Both the position numbers and the translations under genes were made by a program. A DNA stretch of 64,000 bases, taken from the NCBI GenBank assembly GCA_964636275.1, contig CAZWRN010000001.1, positions 107,724 to 171,723 on the forward strand, read 5' to 3'. This document shows, piece by piece, positions 38,569 through 47,041 of the stretch (position 1 is the stretch's first letter; the number at the start of each line of letters is the position of its first letter). Under the pieces are notes generated by a model that worked only from the letters and a program-made list of their open reading frames with translations, was not told the origin of the DNA and did no database searches. The DNA is from an uncultured Gammaproteobacteria bacterium (GTDB lineage Bacteria; Patescibacteriota; Microgenomatia; Daviesbacterales; UBA10151).

Positions 38569-38783
38569 CGTTTTGTGAGAGTGAGATGGGAGATTGGAAA
38601 TTGCAGTTAATCTTTGGTATTAACTCCAGTTACACAGTTTCTTCATCCCTCTTTGAAAAGACGAGTCTCAATTGGTGGGTAGTATTTAGCAGCTAGTTGC
38701 TCTACAATACTCATACTTAATTATTATCGAGAAGATGCTTAAATAAAGATACTGTACTTCTTGTCACTCGTAGAATTTTAGAA

Positions 38784-41132
38784 ATGCAAAAAGTTATTAC
38801 AAAACAAATTGAAATAAACGGAAAGACTTTGAAACTGGAAACAGGGAAACTTGCTCTGCAAGCAGATGCAGCAGTTTTAGCAACTCAGGGAGAGACAGTT
38901 GTTTTGGCGACCGTTGCAACAAAGCCATTAAAAGAATCAATTGGTTATTTCCCCCTCAGTGTTGAATATGTTGAAAAACATTATGCTTCCGGAAGAATTA
39001 CTCCCCAGAAATTTATCAAAAGAGAAGGTCGTCCATCTGAAAAATCTATCTTGTCTGGTCGAGCAATTGATCGTTCTATCAGACCACTTTTTCCAAAAGA
39101 TTTTGAAAATGAAGTCCAAGTGATCATTACTGTTTTGTCTTATGACTCTATCAATGATCCGGTGATGTTGGCTATGACTGCTGCTTCAGCTGCTTTGTCG
39201 ATCTCGTCAGTACCATGGGCAGGTCCTTTGGCTGGTGTTCGAGTTGGTGAATACGAAGGTGAATTGGTGGTTGATCCAGAGATGTCTCATCTTCCAGACT
39301 TAACTTTGGAAGTTGTAGTAGCTTCATCCAAAGAATTAGTTCCAATGATTGAGGCCAAAGCTAAACAGGCCAAAGATGAGCGAGTATTTGAAGCTTTACA
39401 GCTGGCTCACAGTGCAGCTCAGCCAATCATTGATCTGATCAATGACTTTACTAAAGAAGCTGGTAAAGAGAAACAATCTTATAAATCCAACTTAGATGGT
39501 GTTGATGAAGAGCTTTTGAATACGGTGAAAAAAGATGTTGAAGAGCGCATCACCAAAGCGTTGTTTGATACCGAGCACACCTGGCATGATTCGACCGCTT
39601 CTCAGATCAAAGAAGAGGTTACTACCGAATACGCTGAACAGCTGACATCCAACCAGATCTCAACTGTTTTTGACAAGGTCGCTAAACAGATCATGAGTGA
39701 CACTATTTTGCACAAAGGCAAACGTGTTGATGGCAGAAAGATGGAAGAGATCCGCGAGATCACAATGGAAGTTGGTTTGCTTCCACGGGCTCATGGATCA
39801 GCTTTGTTCCAAAGAGGTGCTTCACAGTCTCTGTCTATTGCCACAGTTGGTCCACTTTCAGTGTCACAAACTTTGGAAGGTATGGAAGGCGAAGGCAAAA
39901 AGAGATTTATGCATTATTACAATATGAGTATCAATCCTTTTGCTTCAGGTGAAGTAAAAAGATTGGGTTCTCCAAACAGACGTGATATTGGTCATGGCAA
40001 TTTAGGTGAGATCTCTTTAGTTGGTGTACTTCCTTCAGAACAAGAGTTTCCTTATGCTATCCGAGTAGTTTCTGAGATTTTGGGAGCCAATGCTTCCACT
40101 TCACAGGCAGCTATTAGCGGTTCTACTTTGGCTATGTTAAATGCTGGTATTCCTATTGAACCAGTTGCAGGTATTGCTTTGGGTCTGATCACTGATCACA
40201 GCGATGATAAAAAATTCCAGGTGATCACCGACATGCAGGCAACTGAAGATTTTTATGGTGAGATGGATTTTAAAGTAGCTGGTACTGTCAATGGTATTAC
40301 AGGTATTCAGATGGATACCAAGCTGCATGGTCTGACCTTTGACATTATAAAAGAAGCTTTGCGACAGGGTAAACAGGCTCGTGAAGCAATATTGGCTAAA
40401 ATGCGGGAAGTGATGCCTCAGGCCAATGAACTGTCTAAATACGCTCCCAAGATTGAAATTACTCATATTCAGCCAGATCAGATCGGTATGTTGATTGGGC
40501 CAGGTGGTAAAAATATCAACGGTATTATTGCTGAGACCGGTGCTCAGATCGATATTGAAGATGATGGTACTGTGATGGTTTCTTCGATGGATAGTGTTGC
40601 AATCCAGGCTGCTTTGGACAAGATTACAGGTATGTTTAAAAAAGTGATGCCTGATGAAGAGTATGAAGGTAAAGTAGTTCGAATTGAACCATTTGGTGCA
40701 TTTGTCGAGATTTTGCCTGGTAAAGATGGATTGGTACATGTGTCTCAGATGGCTCCTGAACGAGTTGAAAGACCAGAAGATGTAGTTGAACTAGGTCAGG
40801 TTGTAAAGGTGAGAGTGGTCGATGTAGATAATATGGGTAAGATCTCTCTTTCAATGCTTTTTGGAGCTGATCGAAAGCCAGAATCTGAAAGACGCCCAAG
40901 TGGTGGAGACCGAGGTGGACGGGGAGGTTTTGGAGGCGATCGTGGAGGCAGTCGAGGTGGTTTTGGTGGTGGAAGTGACAGAGGCGGACGCGGCGGAGAT
41001 CGCGGTGGCTTTGGAGGTGGATCCAGATCTGGTGGCGGTATGAGACGTGGTTTTGGTGGTGGAAGTGACAGAGGCGGACGCGGCGGAGATCGCGGTAGCC
41101 GAGGTGGCAATCGAGGCGGATTTAGTAGATAA
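38784..41132 (+). CDS. pnp: polyribonucleotide nucleotidyltransferase (PNPase) with C-terminal RGG/GGDRGG repeat tail
   Basis: Two RNase PH domains, KH, S1 ('GKVVRIEPFGAFVEIL'); about 85-aa 'GGDRGGRGGFGG' tail encoded by a 44-nt tandem duplication (40962-41005 and 41047-41090). Confidence 0.95.
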   Translation: MQKVITKQIEINGKTLKLETGKLALQADAAVLATQGETVVLATVATKPLKESIGYFPLSVEYVEKHYASGRITPQKFIKREGRPSEKSILSGRAIDRSIRPLFPKDFENEVQVIITVLSYDSINDPVMLAMTAASAALSISSVPWAGPLAGVRVGEYEGELVVDPEMSHLPDLTLEVVVASSKELVPMIEAKAKQAKDERVFEALQLAHSAAQPIIDLINDFTKEAGKEKQSYKSNLDGVDEELLNTVKKDVEERITKALFDTEHTWHDSTASQIKEEVTTEYAEQLTSNQISTVFDKVAKQIMSDTILHKGKRVDGRKMEEIREITMEVGLLPRAHGSALFQRGASQSLSIATVGPLSVSQTLEGMEGEGKKRFMHYYNMSINPFASGEVKRLGSPNRRDIGHGNLGEISLVGVLPSEQEFPYAIRVVSEILGANASTSQAAISGSTLAMLNAGIPIEPVAGIALGLITDHSDDKKFQVITDMQATEDFYGEMDFKVAGTVNGITGIQMDTKLHGLTFDIIKEALRQGKQAREAILAKMREVMPQANELSKYAPKIEITHIQPDQIGMLIGPGGKNINGIIAETGAQIDIEDDGTVMVSSMDSVAIQAALDKITGMFKKVMPDEEYEGKVVRIEPFGAFVEILPGKDGLVHVSQMAPERVERPEDVVELGQVVKVRVVDVDNMGKISLSMLFGADRKPESERRPSGGDRGGRGGFGGDRGGSRGGFGGGSDRGGRGGDRGGFGGGSRSGGGMRRGFGGGSDRGGRGGDRGSRGGNRGGFSR

Positions 41133-41139
41133 TTGAGAC

Positions 41140-41817
41140 GTGCAAAAATTCAGACAGCTTTTTTTCCATAAAACTTTTCAACTTTTAATTATATTGGTGG
41201 TTCTGACTAGTATTTTAGTACTGACTACTATTTTGAGACCCGATGTTTTTCAAGAGATGTTTAGTAAAATAAATGTTTTTGCTTCAGATATTGCTTCTGG
41301 TAAATTGTGGAAAGAAAAAAGCCAAGCCAGGGTATATTTAGCGGATGGATCTTTGAAAGTAAACTTTCAGATTAGTACAGTCGATCAGTCAGCGGTAAAA
41401 GCCTTCAATCAAAAATTGGGAGTTTCAGATGAATATTTACAGGGAGTAGCGATTAAAATCGATAGTGAATCGCAGCAAAAACTGCAATCATTTTTACCTG
41501 TCAATTTAACCTTGGAAATTGAAGATGATCGGATTATCTTCCAAAATGGCATAATTGCTGGGTTTGCTTCATCACTAGTGACAAAAACAATGGAGTATGC
41601 AACTGGTTCGTCAAAGCTGAAAATTTCCCATTACTCACCGACCGAGTTCTTGCTTGATATCACAGATCCAGAGCCATTATTGCAGGAAGCAACAGCCTCG
41701 GGAAAGTTTGTTTTATCGGATAAACTATTACCGCTCTATCCAATATTAGAGAGAGTGAGTACAATAGAAATGAGTGTAAATGGTAAAAGTGTTAGTGGAG
41801 AAGTGAAGTTGAAATAA
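41140..41817 (+). CDS. hypothetical N-anchored protein
   Basis: N-terminal TM; 4-nt gap after pnp suggests co-transcription. Confidence 0.4.
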   Translation: MQKFRQLFFHKTFQLLIILVVLTSILVLTTILRPDVFQEMFSKINVFASDIASGKLWKEKSQARVYLADGSLKVNFQISTVDQSAVKAFNQKLGVSDEYLQGVAIKIDSESQQKLQSFLPVNLTLEIEDDRIIFQNGIIAGFASSLVTKTMEYATGSSKLKISHYSPTEFLLDITDPEPLLQEATASGKFVLSDKLLPLYPILERVSTIEMSVNGKSVSGEVKLK

Positions 41818-41858
41818 TGTCAAATACTACCAATGTCAAATGACAAATGCCCAATCAT

Positions 41859-41886
41859 TAGACATTAGACATTAGACATTAGACAT
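41859..41886. repeat. (TAGACAT)x4 heptanucleotide tandem repeat upstream of the Lon-like ATPase gene
   Basis: Four perfect units, 10 nt before ATG 41897; a candidate slipped-strand (phase-variable) promoter/leader spacer. Confidence 0.7.
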
Positions 41887-41896
41887 TTAATACATT

Positions 41897-43054
41897 ATGG
41901 ATAATTCTGCCCAAAATAATCAGCAACAACAGCCATCAGCCGTCAGCGATCAGCTATCAGCCAACCAAGCTCAGCAAGGTCCGATTTCTACAGCAGTGGT
42001 CGATAAACTAGTTACCTCACAAAATCCCAGTCAGATTGTGGATAAACTGAAGGCTAAAGTGGCGGCAGCGCAGTTGCCTGCTGATGTTTTGGAAAAAATC
42101 CAAGATGAGGTGAGTCGGATTGAGCTGGTATTTGCCAGAAAAGAGTTTAATCCCGAGCTGGACCGGCAGATCAAATATATTGATTTTATTTGTGAATTAC
42201 CATGGAATAAAGTCGGCCAAGACAATCTGGATTTAAATCATGCCAAACAGATTTTGGAAAAAAATCATCACGGTCTAGAACCCTTAAAAGCTCGGATTTT
42301 GGAATATCTGTCGATTTTGATCTTAAATAAGCAGAAAGGTTTGACACCAAAGCAGCCGGTATTGGCTTTTGTGGGGTTAGCGGGGTCCGGAAAAACGACG
42401 ATCGCTTTTTCGATAGCCGAAGCTTTGGGAAGACCGATCATTCGTATTCCATTTGGTGGTCTTGGTTCAGCACTTCAGTTGCGTGGTGAATCCCGGGTGA
42501 AGTCTGAAGCTGAGCCGGGGATGATCGCGAAAGCGATGAAAAAAGCTCAGGTGAAAAATCCGGTTATCTTGATCGATGAGATCGATCGTGTGACCGATTC
42601 AGCCAGGACGGATATAATGGGGGTTTTAATTGAGCTTTTGGATCCAGAGCAGAATATGGCTTTTACCGATCATTATGTCGGTTTCCCTTTCGATCTGTCA
42701 CAAGTATTATTTGTCGCTACCGCCAATAACACTGGCAATGTGGCTACAGCGGTACTAGATCGTCTGGAACTCATAGAGATGCCTTTTTATACTGATGAAC
42801 AAAAAGTGGTGATTGGTAGAGATTATCTGCTGCCGCAGGCCTTAAAAAATGCCGGTTTGGATCCACAAACGGTCCAGATCAGCAATGAGATGTGGAGCCA
42901 GATTGTGCGTCCACTGGGGTTTGATGGCGGAATTCGTTCTTTAAAGCGCAATATTACCAATATGACTGGGAAAATTGCCCGGATGGTAGTCGAAGGAAAC
43001 AAGGGACCGTTTGTAATAAATGAACAGAACTTAGCCCAGTATTTGAATATATAG
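41897..43054 (+). CDS. Lon-like AAA+ ATPase module without LON N-domain or protease domain; Q-rich N-terminal extension
   Basis: Aligns with the Lon ATPase segment: 'YIDFICELPWN', 'HHGLEPLKARILEYL', Walker A 'GLAGSGKTT', Walker B 'VILIDEIDRV', sensor-2 'GIRSLKR'. Ends 'NLAQYLNI*' where Lon continues into the protease domain. Confidence 0.75.
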   Translation: MDNSAQNNQQQQPSAVSDQLSANQAQQGPISTAVVDKLVTSQNPSQIVDKLKAKVAAAQLPADVLEKIQDEVSRIELVFARKEFNPELDRQIKYIDFICELPWNKVGQDNLDLNHAKQILEKNHHGLEPLKARILEYLSILILNKQKGLTPKQPVLAFVGLAGSGKTTIAFSIAEALGRPIIRIPFGGLGSALQLRGESRVKSEAEPGMIAKAMKKAQVKNPVILIDEIDRVTDSARTDIMGVLIELLDPEQNMAFTDHYVGFPFDLSQVLFVATANNTGNVATAVLDRLELIEMPFYTDEQKVVIGRDYLLPQALKNAGLDPQTVQISNEMWSQIVRPLGFDGGIRSLKRNITNMTGKIARMVVEGNKGPFVINEQNLAQYLNI

Positions 43055-43055
43055 A

Positions 43056-43146
43056 GATTAGGAAGTAAGATACAATAACCAAGAAACAAGTTATCCAATT
43101 AAGGAATATAGTTTAACTATTTGCATCTTGATTATTGTTTTCTTGG
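43056..43146. repeat. palindromic intergenic element, copy 5' of rnj
   Basis: Left arm GATTAGGAAGTAAGATACAATAACCAAGAAACAAG; right arm TTTGCATCTTGATTATTGTTTTCTTGG. Confidence 0.6.
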
Positions 43147-43157
43147 AAGACTTATTT

Positions 43158-44996
43158 ATGAAATCATTTAAACCACAACAACAGACTAATACGCAAAACG
43201 TAACACGCAATACGAGTACTCAAAAACCAACCATATACCATAATCCGCAGCCAGCGGGGGGAAATACTGTGCAGCAATCAGCTATCGGCTCTCAGCCATC
43301 AGCAAAAAACAGTAATCAGAATCAGCAGAAGAATCAACCAATGGGTGATACAGTGCGACTGATTCCATTGGGTGGTGTAGGCGATGTGACTAAAAACATG
43401 TATGTATATGAGTATAAAAATGACATCGTCATCGTCGACTGTGGTGTATCTTTTCCGGAAGAGAGTATGCCGGGGGTCGATTTGGTAATTCCGGATATTA
43501 GTTATTTGCGAGATAAAAAATCTAAAATCCGTGGTATTGTGATCACTCACGGGCACGATGATCATTATGGAGCGTTGCCATATATCTGGCCAGAGCTGGA
43601 TGTGCCCATTTACTCTCAAAAACTGACCTGTGGACTGATTCGTTCTAAATTCAGTGAGCACAAATTGCCAAAAGACAAGATCAAGGAGATGAAAATTACT
43701 GATACTGTTCAGTTGGGCGCCTTTAAAATTTCGGTATATCAGGTTTCTCATTCGGTCCCAGATTCAACAGGAGTGGTTTTGGAGACGCCAGTAGGCACTA
43801 TTATCCATCAGGCTGACTTTAAAATAGATTGGACACCGGTAAATGGACAGGTCCCCGATGTGGGTCGGGTAGCTGAGTTGGGACGAAAAGGGGTACTGAT
43901 GATGACTATTGATTGTCTTCGCAGTGAAAAGCCTGGTTATACTATTTCCGAAAAAACCATTCAGCCAACATTTGAAAAAATTGAAGCTGAGACCAGGGGG
44001 CAGTTGATCATTACCCTGATTACCTCCAATATCACCCGGATTCAGCAGGCTATAAATGTGGCTGTTCAGTCGGGTAGAAAAGTGGCATTTGTCGGTAGAA
44101 GCATGGAAAACAATGTTCAGGTGGCCAGAGATTTGGGCTATCTGCATGTTCCACCTGGAGTAGTGATCAATCAGGAAGAGGTTAGGCGATTTGCCCCAGA
44201 AAAACTAATGATTATTATTGCGGGTTCTTTGGGTCAGCCAGGTTCAGCCTTATCGCGGGCTGCTCATGGTGATCACAAAAATATTCGAATTAGTCCCACT
44301 GATACAGTTGTTTTTAGTGCCGATCCGATGCCGTCAGCTGAAATGTCTCAGGGGATGATAATTGATGCTTTAGCCAGAATTGGTTGTAAAGTGTATTATT
44401 CACGATTAACCGAAGATTTGCATGTTTCAGGTCACGCAGCCCAGGAAGAGTTGAAGCTGATGATCAATCTGGCTAAACCAAAAAACCTGATGCCTATGGG
44501 TGGTAATTTCCGTCACATGAGGGCATTTTCCGATATGGTCAAAGAGATGGGGTATAAAGACAACCAGATCTTTGCGTTAAAAGAGGTACAGGCAATTGAG
44601 ATCGGTCGTGATAAAGCCCGAATCGGTGAAAGAATCCGGGAAGAAAATGTCTATGTGGATGGGTTAGGGGTTGGAGATGTAGGGCAAATTATTTTGCGAG
44701 ACAGGCAGTTGATGAGTGAAGAGGGCGTGGTGGTGGTGATCGCTCGGGTTGATATGAAAACTGGCAAGTTGGAAGGTGAGCCGGATGTGATGTCCCGAGG
44801 ATTTGTCTTTGGTGAAAGTGGTCAGGATATTACTGGTGCTGCTAAAGAGATAGTTAAAAGTATCTTCTCAGGTCTTCATAGCGGACCGACAGATTTTAAA
44901 TATATTCGCCATGAAGTGGAAGACAATTTAGGCAAGTTTTTCTACGAAGAAACCAAACGCAAACCGTTGATTTTGACAACGGTTGTAGAGATTTAA
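43158..44996 (+). CDS. rnj: ribonuclease J with Q/N-rich N-terminal extension
   Basis: Metallo-beta-lactamase 'ITHGHDDHYGALPY', beta-CASP and C-terminal domain. ATG 43158 (MKSFKPQQ) preferred; the upstream TTG lies in an intergenic repeat. Confidence 0.9.
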   Translation: MKSFKPQQQTNTQNVTRNTSTQKPTIYHNPQPAGGNTVQQSAIGSQPSAKNSNQNQQKNQPMGDTVRLIPLGGVGDVTKNMYVYEYKNDIVIVDCGVSFPEESMPGVDLVIPDISYLRDKKSKIRGIVITHGHDDHYGALPYIWPELDVPIYSQKLTCGLIRSKFSEHKLPKDKIKEMKITDTVQLGAFKISVYQVSHSVPDSTGVVLETPVGTIIHQADFKIDWTPVNGQVPDVGRVAELGRKGVLMMTIDCLRSEKPGYTISEKTIQPTFEKIEAETRGQLIITLITSNITRIQQAINVAVQSGRKVAFVGRSMENNVQVARDLGYLHVPPGVVINQEEVRRFAPEKLMIIIAGSLGQPGSALSRAAHGDHKNIRISPTDTVVFSADPMPSAEMSQGMIIDALARIGCKVYYSRLTEDLHVSGHAAQEELKLMINLAKPKNLMPMGGNFRHMRAFSDMVKEMGYKDNQIFALKEVQAIEIGRDKARIGERIREENVYVDGLGVGDVGQIILRDRQLMSEEGVVVVIARVDMKTGKLEGEPDVMSRGFVFGESGQDITGAAKEIVKSIFSGLHSGPTDFKYIRHEVEDNLGKFFYEETKRKPLILTTVVEI

Positions 44997-45075
44997 GCCC
45001 CCATGGCATTAATGCATAGCTGGGATTTATTGAAAATTGTATTTTGTACTTTTTTATAAAAGTACAAAAAATCGT

Positions 45076-45205
45076 CACGCAGGAAAGTCGGCCTAAATAT
45101 GTTCAGTCGCTTAACGGGGGAATGTCTGCCCCCTCCGGCAAAGCCGGACCTCCCCCTGTTGCGCTCCCTCTCAAATTTTTAACGGCCTTTGTTTCAATGC
45201 GTGAC
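45076..45205. ncRNA. candidate structured RNA: about 130-nt GC-rich (about 58% GC) element closed by an 8-bp terminal helix; identity unknown
   Basis: GTCACGCA (45076-45083) pairs with TGCGTGAC (45198-45205). Internal hairpins GGGGG-AATGTCTG-CCCCC and TCCGGC-AAA-GCCGGA plus a competing GGGGG/CCCCC pairing. Sits between rnj and the peptidase gene. Strand not determined. Confidence 0.3.
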
Positions 45206-45258
45206 TTTCTTTAATGTTTATTGTTGAATTGTGTATTTGTTAAAGGTAAAGTAAAAAA

Positions 45259-46290
45259 ATGGAAAATAATTCACTAACCGCTATAAGAGGTGTTAAAGTT
45301 GGTCATTCTACGCATCCGGATAAACTTACTGGGTGCACTTTTATTTCTTTTGATGAAGAATATCCTGTGGCGTACAAATCATATGGGGGTGCGCCCGGCA
45401 CATATGCTACTGAAAATCTGAATAATGGAATGTCGTTTGCTTTGAGAAATGGATTGTTCATAGCGGGTGGAAGTTTGAATGGTCTTACTTCCGCTGCTTC
45501 AATTATTGATAGATTAGTTCAAAAAAAATCTGGATTAAAAGTGGGAAATACTTGGTTACCCGCAATTAGCGGAGCTATTGTTTGGGACTTAGGCGTTGAA
45601 ATTTCTCAATATGATTTCAATTATGGAAAAGAAGCAGTTGATAATTTATCTAATGAACCTGTTAAAAATGGCAATGTGGGAGCAGGTACCGGTACTACTG
45701 TGGGTAAGTTTCAATATTTAGAAAAAGGCATCAGTAGTGGAGCGATGAAATCTGGTGTCGGTTCAGCCAGGGTTGACCTAGGAAATGGGATTATGATTTG
45801 CGCCTTATCCGTCGTTAATGCATTGGGCAACATTGTAAATAGGGATGGTACTGTTCTGGCGGGTAATAGAAATGAAGAAGGTGGATTTACTGATTTTGAT
45901 GAAGTCGGTAATTTTGTTACAACAAAAAAATCAAATACTACTATATCTGTCGTAGGAATAAATGTTGATTTAAAAAATAGAGAAGCATATGAAAGAATCG
46001 CTCACTTTGGTGCGCAAGGTCAGATTAGAGCTATAAATCCCGTCCAAACTTCAATTGATGGAGATACGGTTTTTGTTTTTTCTTCAAAAGAGATTAGTAA
46101 CCCGCTTAATTCTTTTGGTAAATACTGGCAAACTCCTGCTTGGCCAGAATTTACCATTGACATGATTGGTTACGTAGCATCTAAAGCAGTACAACTAAGT
46201 ATTTACGATGCCTGTACTTCTGCAGAAACAATTGATTTTAAAGGAGCATACAAAGGAATTATTCCCTCGGCTGCAGATTATAGAAAATGA
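45259..46290 (+). CDS. P1/S58 (DmpA/ArgJ-fold) family peptidase
   Basis: 'GVKVGHSTHPDKLTGCTFISF' N-terminal pattern and Gly-rich core typical of the DmpA L-aminopeptidase family. Confidence 0.6.
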   Translation: MENNSLTAIRGVKVGHSTHPDKLTGCTFISFDEEYPVAYKSYGGAPGTYATENLNNGMSFALRNGLFIAGGSLNGLTSAASIIDRLVQKKSGLKVGNTWLPAISGAIVWDLGVEISQYDFNYGKEAVDNLSNEPVKNGNVGAGTGTTVGKFQYLEKGISSGAMKSGVGSARVDLGNGIMICALSVVNALGNIVNRDGTVLAGNRNEEGGFTDFDEVGNFVTTKKSNTTISVVGINVDLKNREAYERIAHFGAQGQIRAINPVQTSIDGDTVFVFSSKEISNPLNSFGKYWQTPAWPEFTIDMIGYVASKAVQLSIYDACTSAETIDFKGAYKGIIPSAADYRK

Positions 46291-46306
46291 GTGTATAATC
46301 ACAGCT

Positions 46307-46780
46307 ATGGTTAAAGCACTTCTGTTCGATTTCTCCCGCGTTTTGTTATTTCCCAAAGGTTCAGATCCGGTTGAGTCTCTCAACGGGAAATATCGTGAGC
46401 TGCTGGAGCAGGGGGAGTTTGATTTTTTTGAGCATTACCGGCTCAATGAAGAGTTGATGGACTTTATTTATAAGCTCCAAGATGACTACGAACTGTTTCT
46501 TTTTACCAGCGAAACTATCCAGGAAGCACCGGAGTTGAAAGAAGAACTAAGTGTATTCAAGCGAATTTTTTCTGGAACCAGGATGAATCTGGATAAAAAA
46601 GAGCCGGTAGCTTATGAAACAATCGCTCGTGAGATTGGGGCTGATATCGAAGAGATTGTTTTCATTGATGATTCGATGCTCAATCTGACAGCGGCTGCTC
46701 AGGCTGGGATGCAGGTGATCCACTATCAAAACAATGAACAGCTGTTTGATACTTTTAAAATCCTGGCTATCGTCCCCTAA
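46307..46780 (+). CDS. HAD-superfamily hydrolase
   Basis: Motif I 'LLFDFSRVL' (DxD variant) and C-terminal 'FIDDS' motif IV; start at MVKALLFDF. Confidence 0.55.
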   Translation: MVKALLFDFSRVLLFPKGSDPVESLNGKYRELLEQGEFDFFEHYRLNEELMDFIYKLQDDYELFLFTSETIQEAPELKEELSVFKRIFSGTRMNLDKKEPVAYETIAREIGADIEEIVFIDDSMLNLTAAAQAGMQVIHYQNNEQLFDTFKILAIVP

Positions 46781-46824
46781 ATCATTTTAAACATAAAATA
46801 CTCACATAAAACCCATAGTCAATG

Positions 46825-46833
46825 TGGTATACT
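46825..46833 (+). promoter_or_regulatory. extended -10 promoter (TGgTATACT) at the start of an about 200-nt structured leader upstream of ftsK
   Basis: TGnTATACT match; downstream leader has several perfect hairpins (GAGATTCTT...AAGAATCTC; CTCGC-ATAC-GCGAG). Confidence 0.35.
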
Positions 46834-47041
46834 AAGTATATCCTATGTTAGCTGCCCGCTACCGTATTTATCCATCTTTTCAAAGCGAGATTCTTTTTCT
46901 GAGTGGAGCGAAGAATCTCTGAACTTGTTTCAGGACTTGTCCTCGCATACGCGAGAGATCCTTCATTTCATTCAGGATAAGCTCCTGGCATGATTGATAT
47001 TCTGATGACAGGAGAAGAAAATTGCAGTAAGATTAATTACT

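Noticed and set aside
40137-41110. Antisense ORFs inside pnp (200 aa at 40137-40739; a Pro-rich 104 aa at 40796-41110).
   Set aside because: They are fully embedded antisense to a confidently identified gene. The Pro-rich one is simply the complement of the GGN/CGN-rich RGG-tail coding sequence. No independent signals.
45076-45205. Assigning the GC-rich element as SRP (4.5S) RNA, tRNA or an integron attC site.
   Set aside because: - SRP: no GNRA-capped helix-8 motif (AGGUCCGG...GGAA...AGCAGC) on either strand.
- tRNA: the T-loop-like GTTCAGTCG has G at the invariant A58 position, and no cloverleaf forms.
- attC: the two TTAACGG copies are direct, not inverted.
It is left as an unknown candidate RNA.
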